A stretch of 64,000 nucleotides of DNA from Veleropilina oligotropha (taxonomy: Eukaryota). The stretch is taken from assembly GCA_048128005.1 (NCBI GenBank), contig JBEUKZ010000096.1, positions 124,001 to 188,000 on the forward strand, given 5' to 3'. This document shows, piece after piece, positions 51,925-64,000 of this stretch. Position numbers and translations under genes: made by a program. Numbering within the stretch: position 1 is the stretch's first letter; each line of letters opens with the position of its first letter. A model generated the notes under the pieces. That model saw nothing but the letters and a program-made list of their open reading frames with translations, made no database searches and was not told the DNA's origin.

Positions 51925-54900
51925 TTAATTGATGAGTCCAACTTGCGAAAAATGGCTTATAACATCGTAATCGAGATTATAGTTGTCCAAGCAAATGCCA
52001 TCATCCAAATTAAGATCAGAAGTGAGATTTGAGACGTCCCCGAACTCACTCGATGATGATCGTGATATATTACTCATGACGTCATAGCTCATTGACGTCA
52101 CGCCATTCGATGCTGAAGACGTAGAACTGTAAGCTGCTGACATATCACTTGCTGTACTGTTTCTCCTTTGTAAGGTTGGCTTGCATATTTCTGACACTTT
52201 AATAACAGGCAGAAGACTTTCCAAAGTATCATTAATGTTGGCAGACTTCTTTGTCTGTTTTCGTTGGCGTTTACTCCATCGCAGGGCTGCGTTCATCCGA
52301 TTGAAATCTGTGGTGCATAACTGTTTGCGTGACAATATTTTGTCGACAAGAATACCAGATAGTGTTTGAAATCCCGAAAGCTGTAAAACTTTATCCGCGT
52401 TTGCATCGATGTACACATGAATCTGAAAATATAGAAAAGAATACATGAGTCAAGGTTCGAGAAATAGAAATAATTTAAATCATCTATCCTCGTAGGCACC
52501 TATGCATAATAATAATTTTTTTTATAAAATGCATATCTGTGTGTCCTCATAATATAGCCTCTTCCGGACTGTGGTACAGCGATGTTGTCTATAGGCCTGT
52601 GTATTATGGCCCTATTTGAGGGGATACCCCTCCCCATGGTAGAACAAAGCAAAACCTTTTTTTTTTCAAAGATGAATATATAAGAAGTAAGATAAATGTT
52701 CTTGTGGTTTCCGGAAATGGTGGTAGAAATATTTTTTAGGCGTAAACATGAAATCAGTCGGTCGCGAATTTGAGGGCATCTCCGAAAACACATAAATGTG
52801 TGTACAACAATAAATATATGAAGAAGAGAATAATATTTGGTGTCAATATGTCGATAAAGACAATATATGTTGTAATTATGCCACATATAATTGATAGTGA
52901 TGCTATGTTTGTTCTCAAAATGAAAACAAGTGTTGAAATACGCCCTAAATCAATTTTAATTTCGTGACCGATAATATATGAAAGTGTCCATAACTTCGTA
53001 TATGAGTGGGTAACAATATTGTTTTTTACCTTAAAATAATTCTATGCTATCACACAAAAGGACAAATAAAACATATGGCTAAAAATAATTATTATAGCAT
53101 AGTAATAGTCACTATGCTACCCCCTCCCCCTCTTTTACTACAAACCCCTTGAAATTGAAAATAGTGGATTTTGTCGTTATTGTTGAAACCCCCTTGAAAC
53201 ATTAACCAAGTATTTGACAACAAACGTATTGCTACTCAGAAATGTATGCCCAAGTGGAAAGGAAACTAACTCAATTTTTTTTAGAAATCTTGTTACATGA
53301 TATCACGTTCACAATTAATCGTCATCCATACATCAGCGGACCAAATTACTTTTGGGTTATCTAACAATTTTCATCGGTTAATGTGGCACAACTGATGTTA
53401 CTTTATATAGTTCGGCAGTTGATGTGAATGAGATTAACTACTACATTATCAATCATTGTCACTGTCATCATCCGAGAGATCCAATTGTGTGGTGCTGTTT
53501 GGACAGTCAGCACAGGAACAAATGTCGATGCACTGCAGGCCGGCTAGGAGACAAGGGCATTTATTTGCAACATTGCAGCCTTCATCATTACAAAACAGAT
53601 GTGTGATATCCCTCAATTGCAAGGGTGCACATTCCTTCTCGCACATTGTAGGTTCCAATGCACCACTCTCTCCTTTTTTCCAACCATGTCCAATTGGGTC
53701 GAATGTGGGGGGATTGGCTTCATGGCTTTTGCACCATATTGAAGTCTGGAATTGAGCTCTAAGTACATGGTGTTTGAATGCATCCTCTGTCGGAGGAAGC
53801 ATGGCTCCTGTTTTATCCGTTGTGGGGGCCAACACATACCTCAAGTCATCAAGCGTGCTGCAGTGTGCACTCTTCTTCCCATACAATAACAGCACGTACA
53901 TTCGGGCGTGGCGTAGACTTGTGGTGAATGGCGATGATACACCAAACTCGGACAACATAAACAGCAAATCTATATGGTCAACCAGTACCTTGAATGCTGT
54001 TCGTTTCCCAATTCTATAGATTGCGTTAGTTGTGTCACTCCCAGTTAGTGCATGTGCGGATGGTAAGCACTGGCATACCCTCGTTCCTAGGTTGTTTCCT
54101 ATGGTATGAACAGGTATGTATCTTTGTCGATTCCGTAGCTTGGTCATATGACCCGCTTGCATGAATATTTCTCTACAAAGGAGTTCTTTACTGTAGTAGT
54201 AGAGGAGAATGACCAGAACATCTGTGTCGTCACACTGAATAATGATCCTGGTGCAAGTAGCGGAGAGGTCAATTGCATGGAGCACCATTCTAGTATCGGC
54301 CTCTTCGTGTGAAGAGAACAGGGGAGGCACCATCACAACACCAGTTCTGCGTAGCGATTTGACTAATTTGCCATCAGCGAATCCTCCAGCAAGCAGGATC
54401 GATTTATTTTCACCGAGATGTGATGGTGCGTTTGAAGCAATGTATTCACAAACGAATGCAGCCAGTGCACTTTTGTTTGCAGCACCCTGCAGGAACAGGC
54501 GATAGTTTGGCACATTACGAGAGCCGACAATTATATGACTAGGGGTGTTATCGCCAGTACCTCTACGTGTACGTTCCATTTTCTTTATTGAGTGGTATCT
54601 GTCGTATCGATCATACACCAAGACAACAGTGCCGATACGAAGCTTGCTGTCATTCAGTAATCTTAAGACCTTCTTCATGACGTGTGCAGCGAGGTCGTCA
54701 AACGTATTGAAGAGAGATTCATTCATAGACTGAAACACGGCCATTCCATCAATGATGTATGCAGTGATTTGATCTTCGTCCAAAGTGTCTGGAAGAGTGT
54801 GTACTTCTGGACAGACAGATTCCAATTTTGAAGCCAGGTCAGATTTGTTGATTTTTCGCATTGTCCCATCGTCGTTGAAGAGCGCCGGAGGAACAGCTGC

Positions 54901-57900
54901 CAGTTCGTGTTGCAGTACAATTTTCATGTCGATATCTCTTGCGTTTGATACCGACAGTAGTCGTCGAAATAACACTTCCGAGCTGCATATCATCTTCTTG
55001 TCTTTCACTGACGGCAACGACTGCCTCATATCTGCAAAAGTCTTGATTTTTGTTCTTGATTGTGGCTCCCAAAAGCTTGTGGATATGGTCTTCTGCAACA
55101 ACCGTTTCTCAGCGAATTTTATCATTTGTGATCGTCCAGTCGCTTCTAATGTCGTCAGACTTTCTTCTACTTCCCGTGAAGCAACTTGTCCTGTTACAAT
55201 ATTGATCAAGGAACTGGGAACTGTTTCTAGATCAAAAGGATTATGATACTGCAAGACAATCGCATCAACAATCTTCTCCACGTCTGCAGAATCTCGGGCG
55301 AGTCTTGACTGACCCAGGTCCTGGTGAGTTGTTGGTCTTTGTGGTGCGCATACTACATACTGAATTATTATAAATATAAATAAGGATATCAGGGGCGTAT
55401 ATTGGGCAAAAAAAGGTGTACGCACATTTATCAGGGGCGTCGCAAGCATTTTGATGTTAGGGGGGTATCATTAACCAAGGGCACCTCATATGGCAAGAAA
55501 GAGATAGCCACGTGAGCGGCCGTAGGCCGCGAATATTTAGGGGGGTTTGGGGGCATGCCCCCCCAAGATTTTTTTAATTTAGAAGCTCTGAGAAGCGTTC
55601 TCCTGCATTCTAGGACAAAAATTGACATTTTTGTTTGCCTCAAAATTTCATGTTTGGAGAGCAGAAATTATTAAAAACATGTTAAAATAAATATTCGATA
55701 ATATTAGTATTCACCCACATATTTTCCTGAATATAAATTGACTACGTACGGTACTTCGTTTGTTCAATACTATTTTTTACAGACACTATATTACGGACAT
55801 GGTTTACAAGTGTACTAGGGGGGGGGGGGGGGTTCTGACGGCGAATCGCTGATAAGATAACGAAAGAACTTGTTCAACTGCAGTAATTGTCTAGCCAATG
55901 CCACAAATCATTAATGATATTGATTGAACATTCGGTACGATTATCTAATATGTTGCATATAGGCCTAGTTTATACATATCCGGAAATCTCGCAATGAAAT
56001 GTCTTTATTGATTACGCTTACAAAACTAATGAGCGAAATAGCTAGGGCCAACTTTGCAAGCAATAATTATTCGCGAAATCGACCATGGTAAAGATTGACC
56101 AGCAAACCCTCCTGACATTTTCATTGGTTGAATATTATGCGTGACATAGCCATAAGTTACGCGCTATATCGTCTTCGCGGACTTTATATTACCGAAATGC
56201 GTGATGTCAGGTCGCGTATTCGATCACACAGGGGCATGTAACGCTGTTTATCGTTCGTCTGTTTCCGTTTGACGATTAGTGCAGTTCATTGTTGCTATAT
56301 AATATAGATTATTCGAACGGGGCGAAACAATTACGGTACCTACGAAAATATTCGAAAAAAAAAAATCTCTCTCTGAAAAATGTGTACGCACGTGCGTTTT
56401 TGCGTAGGGGAATATACGCCCCTGGATATTTTACAAGCCACCGCATCGATAAAACCAAGAAACAAATGTTATGAAATCAACACTTACCAGCTTTAATATT
56501 TTCTCCGTTTGCGATTTCTCGGTATATTTTTCCGTTGTCTTCAGCAGATCTAAGACTGTTGGCACATTTATGCAACGGTCCAAAAAGTCCCAACATGCCA
56601 TGCGGAGGTCACCCAGGCCGAATTCACTTGCAGCGTTTAATAATCCTAAAAATATAAAGGATATGTAATTAGGTAAACAATCTAATGATTCTTTAAAGGC
56701 TTACATGATGAACATACCTTGCTGTCGAGTCGCAATAAAAGGTATCATTGACAGTTTGAATTTAATTTTAAAGATTTTTTTTGAAAAAATACGAACGGCA
56801 AGGATATACTTTTTTACGTATTCCGCTCCCTGTTATCCAAGAGATAAACTGAATTTAAATTCATATTAGTACCATTAATACTGGACGTCGCTTGGCCATA
56901 TGCAACCATAGATTTCGACATTGTATCGTATGTGACGTAGAAATGACGTCATATTTACGACTTTATTAAATTTTTAACATTTGTATAAGGCGTAAATAAA
57001 AAATGTTATGTTTCCTGTTACCCGACCGACCGTCTAGTTTACCCCCGACTGTAAATTTTTTATTGTCAATTTTACATCGTTCCGGAAAATAGCAAAAACA
57101 TTGCTAGTTACTGGCCCAAATATTTCTTGTTGGGCGAGTAGAATATTTATGTAACTTACTAAGTTCCTGCAACAATTTATTCATGATCCTGTTCTTTGTT
57201 AGGCAATATATGGCATGTTGTTATGTCCAACCATATGTTCTTTAGTTTGAAAAAGTCCAGCAAAACCTGAGAATATCTTTCCAGACATTAGCAGCTGTCG
57301 ATCCAGACAGTCACGTGACCCCGTCTGAATAAGTTTATTTTAGTTTCGGACTCGGTCCTGAAGCATTTTTATAAAGTAATATTTTCAAGAGTGCTCTAGT
57401 AAAACACTGCAGGTTCTAAAATGTTTTTCATTCCACATAAATTAGTATTAGCGTCTGTTAAATTATATAATTTACTGGGTTAAGTTTCGTTTCTGACACA
57501 CAAGTCAAGCATTTGTTGTGTGTATGCAAATTAGCTAGCTGACCCATTTCTCGGCAAACTTGATGACGGATGAACAATTCTTTGATCTTCTGGGGTTTGA
57601 TACATTTATTGATAAACATGACGTCAGACAATTTTAGAGCCCTTTGACAGTAGGAAAAGTTGCCACTATTTATAAACAGTCACATTGAGAGTGTTCAAAT
57701 TAACCATGACCCTAATATATACATGTTTTTTAATTAAAAAAATAGAAATGTTCATACACATTGTGAAAATGATTAATGTATTCTCTGATAGCATTTGTAT
57801 ATAAATATTATATTTGTATATAAATATATAAAGACTTTAAAATTATTACTGTATATATTATACTTTAATGTAAAAATAAGTATTTTATTCAAACTAAAAT

Positions 57901-60900
57901 ACATGAAATAGAAAAATGTATTGTAGTATCATACATTGAAAGAGTCTTAGATATATTTTTGCAGTGTGATGTATGATGATATTGAAATCGCTCGATATTT
58001 GACGGAAACAGCCAAAGCTGGTAAACATCGTACCGAAATATATCTCTTGGTTATTTCTTTGCCGCGATATTTCCGAAGTCGGAATTTATTGACTGCAATT
58101 TTTTTAAAACAAACGCAAAATATTAAATAATTTAGGAACTTAAGCACTGGGAATATTCTGTTTGATTTCTGGTTATTAAATATTATTTTGATATGGTTGT
58201 TTTGGAGGGGGGGGGGGTAATTTTATTTATCAATTAATTTATAAATAAGATTACATGCATGTGCAATACATATGTAATACAATTATAATAAATTAATACT
58301 TTCTTAATAAATACATAATTGTGAAGCATTAAACTTGGCTATTTTCCATCCGATCTTCATGTCTGTAAATGATCTATTAAAATCTAGTAAATTACAATGA
58401 TATATACAAAAAAAAAAAAAAAAAAAATTAAAAAAATCCCTACCTACCGACCCTCTCTTTTTCGGGCCCGTAACAGGAAACATAACATTTTTTTTTTAGG
58501 CCTAAGGGGAGTGCGACACTTACCGACTACCGTCGTAGCGTCAACCTTTACGACACCGCAGTGGATGTATCGGATCACTTTGCGGAAGACTTCCGCTTCG
58601 TAGTCCGGCATCGATATGACTAACTTTCGGTTGGCCTGTTTCGATGTCTTTGGGGTTTTCGGGCTCATTAGTTTGGACACCATGCGCTTGCTTGGGCTCA
58701 TTTTACGGGTTTTATTCGCATTTCTCTGAGCCTCCAAGATCAGTTGGTAAAGTACTCTGCAAGGGATGGAAGGCAGTATTACATCGAATGAAAACAGATT
58801 CTGATAAAATTGTCTGGTCAAGTAGCATCAGGCGCAATTCAATTCAAAATACGTCGATCGTTAACGAAATATGTATTCAACTACTGTACATCACATTCAA
58901 TTGGTCAATTATGACCTCATGAAAATGTATGTACGCGATAATAATATGTATGCCTAGCTGCAACAACATGGACCGTCATCAAGCGTCATCACTCGTTATT
59001 AAAATAGTGGCTAATATGAAAAGATAACTAATACACGACTGACGTATACGATATACATACAAAATACTATAATAGGTGCATGGCGTGGTCAATAATGAAA
59101 TGCGTTTTATATCATTTTGTAAACAATTTTTTTTAAACAATTTTGATAAACAAGAACCACGGTCCGATATGTCTCGCCCTTTAGATATATATATCAATGT
59201 ATCAGAAAATATGAAAATGAAAAACTTTAACCGAAAAAACTTTAACAGAAAATGACACGACGCCGACGACGTCCATGTTATTCCATGTTACTGGCAGAGT
59301 ATCAGGTGACATCCATACAACCAATAACAAAGCATATATGTGCCAAAAAGTGCCTTGAGCAAGCCATATACACTTGATGAAAAACTTTAACCATAAAACT
59401 TTAACCTAAAGTTCACCTAAATTTCTATGTCCCAAAAGAACACCATATTTCCATTAATTATAATAAAATTTATTCCATATTACTACCAGAGTATCAGGTG
59501 ACATCCATACAACCAATAACAAAGCATATATATGCCAAAAAGTGCCTTGAGCAAGCCATATACACTTGATTAAATACTTGAGCCTAAAGTTCACCTAAAT
59601 TTCTATGTTAAAAAAGAACACCATATTTCCATTAATTATAATAAAAAATATTCAATATCACTGCCAGAGTATCAGGTGACATCCATACAACCAATAACAA
59701 AGCTTATATATGCCAAAAAGTGCCTTGAGCAAGCCATATATACTTGATGGAAAACTTTAACCTAAAATTTGCTTAAATTTCTATGTCCCAAAAGACCACT
59801 ATATTTCCATTAATTATATTAAAATTTATTCAATATCACTGCCAGAGTATCAGGTGACATCCATACAACCAATAACAAAGCTTATATATGCCAAAAAGTG
59901 CCTTGAGCAAGCCATATACACTTGATGAAAAACTTTAACCGAAAACTTTAACCTAAAATTTGCTTAAATTTCTATGTCCCAAAACACCAATTTCATGCAT
60001 TATTTATATAAAATTCCATTCAATAACAGTTCCAGAGTATCAGGTGTTGTCCATATAACCAGTACCAATGCATATGTATGCATAAAAGTGCCTTTAGCAA
60101 CCCATACACATGCAATGAAAAACTTTAACCCAAAATTACACGACGCCGACGACGCAGACGACGACGACGACGCCACCGACGACGACGCCGGAAAATGTAA
60201 TCCCTAAGTCTCGCTTTACCTTCGGGGCGAGACAAAAACCATGTATTTTATATCTTTCACTATTCTCTCAATTGAGATACTATATATGTTAATTGTTACC
60301 ATCTTACCTGCTTCTTGTTCCAAGGACAGCGCGTAGACCATGAATAGGCGTCTGACGGTCACCGACAAGGAACGTGACGTCACAGAGTTCGGAGACGGAG
60401 AGGATATATTTCATATCTTCGCAAAGGGCGTACGGGTTTCTGTAGATCATCACCTCTCCGGCGTCTCGAGCCTCGCATGTATTTTCCGACGGCAAGCATT
60501 CGCATGGCGACACGTCTGACACCTCTGACGCGCTGTCGTATCCGGATGAGAGAGACTCTAAAATGCAAATATGAAATCGTCAAAATATTATTACGAAAAT
60601 TCGACCTGAATATGAATTTACATCGAAATTCATAGTTATGCACGGACATGCTCATCTGAACGTGAGGAAATGTCTGGTCTCACTGATCCCACTTTTGGGA
60701 CAAGTGATGATAAACCCGTACGACTAGGCATGGATAACTATGAACATTAGGTCCATAATTAATCGAACGCAGTCTTCGTTTCAGAAATGAACACTATATC
60801 AAGACACCAAAATGTAACGATCCATTACTCAACCAACGTGTAGAGAAGGTCGAAATGTACCGTTGGCCTGCATTCTCAACAATGAATGTCTGGTTATTGC

Positions 60901-62920
60901 ATGTTTACCTATAAAGTCTTAATCCGCGTCGTTACTGATTTAGCAAAACAAACAAAATTTGGGTAAGGGCGACTTATTAATATTGACTGTGCAGTTTAAT
61001 TAATTCACGTCACAATGCGAGTGTCGATTTCATGTAGACGGTGGACCCAACGTGACAGCCATGAGAAGAACACTTTAGACGTTACTTAAGAAGTCATTAA
61101 AAGTGTATAACATAATTATTTAGAGAAGGGCTTAGCTATACACACATAATGAGCCAATACAGATCTATTGTTGGCCCCCATTGTGCGGGAAGGCGAGAGC
61201 GACTTTCCAAAAGCTGACATTTACTCAAATTAACAGTTTGTTCACAGAGTGTTGAACTACTCCGCCATAAAACGTGATAAACTTAGTTCATCATACATTC
61301 CACAATATACCGTGTTATGACAATAATGGAATACATTTATTTCAAATTAATTAACATTTATATATATTTCAGGAGGAACACTGGATTTCATGAACAATCC
61401 ACAAAATGCAAATAAAGAACGAACAAGTGCTTATCAAAAGAGACAGTGATCTGAAATGAACACCACATCAAAAACCTGCTCAGGGATTTTAAGGAATTTG
61501 TAAACAATTCGACGTTAAGTTGAAGAATCTGTACACTTATAATGGAGTCTAGACCTACATCGATGCATATTAAATCAATACTGTGGTGGGTTATCATGAC
61601 GACATATATAATGTGGCGTGCATATACAGAGAAAAATAAGTAGTGTCTGAATAAACAGCACATATTAACTACTTTAGGTAGTAAAATTCACTATTGTAGA
61701 TAGTAAAATTGACTAAGTAATAAGTTGTTAATTTCACTACCTACAGTAGTGAAGATGCGCTGTTCATTTAGGCACTACCTAAGTAGTGAACTTCGCTACT
61801 TTTTATCAGTGTATATAGACAATTGTATTTTCAGACAGACATCAGTTATATGGCAGTGAAGTGTAGGTTAGACGGCAGCCTGTGAAGTCTTACAAAAAAC
61901 GAAGTCGAGCCCGTAGGGCGAGAGTACTTTTTAATAAGCTTCTACACTTAAGCTGCCGTCTAACCGACTTAATTAGAAGCTCATTTCATTTCTTCAAAAA
62001 AAATAATTATAATTGTCAAATTTGACACACTGTTTATTTTATCGAAACATAAATTCATTACTTATATTTTGCTTTTTTGTCATTATAATTCAAAGATTCC
62101 TATAACAGTTGATAAAGTATCGAAAACAAAATAATTGACAGAGTGTCGTCTTGGTCAATAAGTGACAAGAAATACTTCTTTCTCATAGGTCGAGAAATAA
62201 AATGAGCTTCTAAAATGTTAGAGTCGTCTATGACAAACTTAATGCTAGCGAAATACCTTCTGGATTGTAGTTGGAGAGGAGCGGAATATTCGATTCCATG
62301 CGGTACATTTTAAAGCCTTTACGTCAAGTATTACTCTTCTCACTATGTGTCTCTGCAAGACCGTATTCGTTATCAGTTAACACTAAACTCGATGTACTGT
62401 CAATGAACGCTGCATGAGTTGTGAGTGTGATGTCCTCCCCGTCGGTTGCGTTATATACGTGCGCCAACTCGAGTGAATAGTGACTTTGACACCCGTTAGT
62501 TGACTTGGCGATGTTGTTTACGCAAGAAACGAACTCACAATACACGCACACAAGATCTGAGTAATTTGCTGAATTGTTCCAGAGTTTGGCTTTCAGGGGC
62601 TATTATTGATTGGATTAGCGCACGTGTCATGTCGAATTAAATCTTGAAGAAAAACAAAGACGCACAATCAAGTGTCCAAACGGGAATTGAATTGGGCCCA
62701 GGTGTGAGTGTAGGAAATAAGCTATATGACTCAAGTGGGTACCGATCTGAGCCAGCCAATAGAAACAGAGATTGCAATTAACACCACACCTGGGTGAAAC
62801 GACGTGGAAGTAAACAGGGCTAATTATACCCAAAACAACGAAATCGACATCAAAATAACATTATTTGGCTTCAATTGCCGAAAAATATCCGACAAAAAGT
62901 TACTTACCGCGGAAAGACAT
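51925..62920 (-). CDS. BTB/POZ-BACK protein, serine-enriched-protein-like
   Basis: Well-supported exons 60557-60308, 58756-58524, 56645-56488 and 52422-51925 with compatible phases: ALCEDMKYILSVSELCDVTFLVG...IHGLRAVLGTRSRVLYQLI...YEAEVFRKVIRYIHCG...GLLNAASEFGLGDLRMACWDF, Ser-rich tail. Tentative 5' exons 62920-62908 and 62556-~62335. Confidence 0.85.
53449..55359 (-). CDS. Intact 636-aa XPG/FEN1-like PIN nuclease + Cys-rich CXC domain ORF; C-terminal part of an Academ-type transposon protein
   Basis: AYIIDGMA, VYDRY...SIK..ERTRRG, SHEEADTRMVLHA, DDTDVLVIL, HALTGSDTT...IGK, LPPT, C-terminal C..GC....CPC..AGL.C...CSC..C. Transposase N-part is absent; possible element terminus TAGGCACC at ~52493. 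Confidence 0.8.
   Translation of the reverse strand, partial: YVVCAPQRPTTHQDLGQSRLARDSADVEKIVDAIVLQYHNPFDLETVPSSLINIVTGQVASREVEESLTTLEATGRSQMIKFAEKRLLQKTISTSFWEPQSRTKIKTFADMRQSLPSVKDKKMICSSEVLFRRLLSVSNARDIDMKIVLQHELAAVPPALFNDDGTMRKINKSDLASKLESVCPEVHTLPDTLDEDQITAYIIDGMAVFQSMNESLFNTFDDLAAHVMKKVLRLLNDSKLRIGTVVLVYDRYDRYHSIKKMERTRRGTGDNTPSHIIVGSRNVPNYRLFLQGAANKSALAAFVCEYIASNAPSHLGENKSILLAGGFADGKLVKSLRRTGVVMVPPLFSSHEEADTRMVLHAIDLSATCTRIIIQCDDTDVLVILLYYYSKELLCREIFMQAGHMTKLRNRQRYIPVHTIGNNLGTRVCQCLPSAHALTGSDTTNAIYRIGKRTAFKVLVDHIDLLFMLSEFGVSSPFTTSLRHARMYVLLLYGKKSAHCSTLDDLRYVLAPTTDKTGAMLPPTEDAFKHHVLRAQFQTSIWCKSHEANPPTFDPIGHGWKKGESGALEPTMCEKECAPLQLRDITHLFCNDEGCNVANKCPCLLAGLQCIDICSCADCPNSTTQLDLSDDDSDND
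55390..56424. mobile_element. Non-autonomous DNA element with CAGGGGCGTATATT TIRs and 5-bp TSD GATAT
   Basis: 14-bp perfect TIR; GATAT at 55385-55389 and 56425-56429; a second CAGGGGCG-type end is nested at ~55432. Confidence 0.8.
56989..58502. mobile_element. PIF/Harbinger-type non-autonomous element with TAA TSD
   Basis: TIR GGC(G/C)TAAA(T/A)AAAAAATGTTATGTTTCCTGTTAC; TAA at 56986-56988 and 58503-58505. Confidence 0.8.
59149..60238 (-). mobile_element. Helentron/HINE-like non-autonomous element carrying a ~178-192-bp tandem array (5 units) and a (GAC/GCC)n microsatellite
   Basis: Subterminal IR gtctcgccc (59171) / gggcgagac (60225); hairpin gtctcgc...gcgagac next to an A-run; unit agagtatcaggtg at 59296, 59488, 59666, 59844 and 60034. 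Confidence 0.7.
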
Positions 62921-64000
62921 CGCACATTAAACACCTGCATGACTTGAAGTATTAATGCCATGAAATGATGTAGGCACATATAATGTGTAAAAATAATATT
63001 TGGTATATTTTATTGAGTGACACTGATGAAAAAATTATATACAAGAATTTTAAAGGCAGCATTTGAAGATTTATCATGTCTGTCATCCCTTAATTATTTT
63101 ACATCGTTTTTATGGCATCACAACACGTGTATTCCGTCGACATTGGCTACATTGAATTGTTTAATAGTTAAAATTCAAAAAGGAAATAAATTTGAGTTAT
63201 ATATAATATAATTAATTTATTATATCAGACACCATTGGGGATATAATCTTTCAGTGAAGTTTCTATTTATGCCATCGAATAAACGGACTTTAATAAGAAC
63301 ACAATTTAAGACATTCATTTTGTCGTTGTGTATACCAATCGAATAGTTTTGCTCTCATTATTCGTATGTTACGTTATATGAAGCCAAAGGCGTAGGCCTA
63401 CATATAATAGAACTCGAATTAAAGAACTACGATATAAAAAATGTATAAGGTTATGTAAGCAGATATATACGGGTAAGAATTATAGATTGTCAATGTCAGT
63501 TTAGTGATTTTTGGAAACTTCATTTTTTCCCATTCGATAACATATTTTATTTATGACCTTTTAACAAATGATCACACTTTATTTGAAAGATTCGTAACGT
63601 CTACGATCTTTTCTGAAAAATGATTAAAAATAAGCAGGACCTAATCTTGGTTATTGTTTACAGATACGGATAATAACTACGAATTCATCAGTGTCATGTT
63701 GCAGGTCATTTTCAGTGAAGAGCGTCAAAGATTTATCTCGAGGACATGCCACTTCTGTTTACAGAACGGTTTCTGATTCTTCAGTAAATCATCTGAGCGC
63801 GGAAGCCATTTCCACCTTGTAATGGAGGGGTGCGACAAGGCGAGGTGCTTCCTCCTTTTGTTTTGCGTCCACGTGCGTGCCATTCTTCAGGCGATTAGCA
63901 TCTCCGTCCCCCATCAACAGTGCAACACGTTACTTCACAAGGCTGCTCCATTATAGAAGTCAATTAGCAGCGGGGTGTTGGCAGTTTAAGGTAACTGTGT

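Noticed and set aside
55360..55449. First 30 aa of the 666-aa ORF as a true N-terminus or signal peptide
   Set aside because: Starts at a non-ATG codon and is encoded by the end of the inserted CAGG element plus AT-rich intron-like sequence.
56334..56344. GGTACCTA as the partner TIR of the Academ-type end at 52493
   Set aside because: Only ~8 bp match, no matching TSD, and it lies inside a different TSD-bounded element.

Overview
Intron-rich, AT-rich, repeat-dense animal genomic DNA. The repeat families look invertebrate or mollusc-like, but the host cannot be proven from sequence alone. The dominant feature is a full-length 13.8-kb Polinton/Maverick (adintovirus-like endogenous virus, 7485-21315) with AGTAGT...ACTACT termini, ~370-bp TIRs and a perfect 6-bp TSD (AATGTA). 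It encodes a tandem-PC4 protein, integrase with chromodomain, penton, major capsid protein, cysteine protease, packaging ATPase, small basic proteins and a protein-primed PolB; four core genes each carry a single lesion. The polymerase appears to be preceded by a spliced leader: one non-coding exon plus three phase-0 acidic coding exons. A GC-rich ~150-nt self-complementary island sits in the last of those introns, in a position reminiscent of adenoviral VA RNA. Host genes are a complete 15-exon transglutaminase (23355-43389, +), a BTB/BACK 'serine-enriched protein'-like gene (62920-51925, -) and a probable last exon of an upstream gene. An intact 636-aa XPG/PIN-CXC (Academ-type) ORF lies sense-strand and in phase inside a BTB intron and could form a host-transposon fusion. 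Also present: a Penelope element with an inverted pLTR, LINE and Tc1 relics, a pogo-like transposon with a PHD finger, V-domain-like SINEs, a 31-bp satellite with higher-order structure, a Helentron/HINE-like element and several MITEs. All family assignments come from motif recognition by eye; no searches were run.
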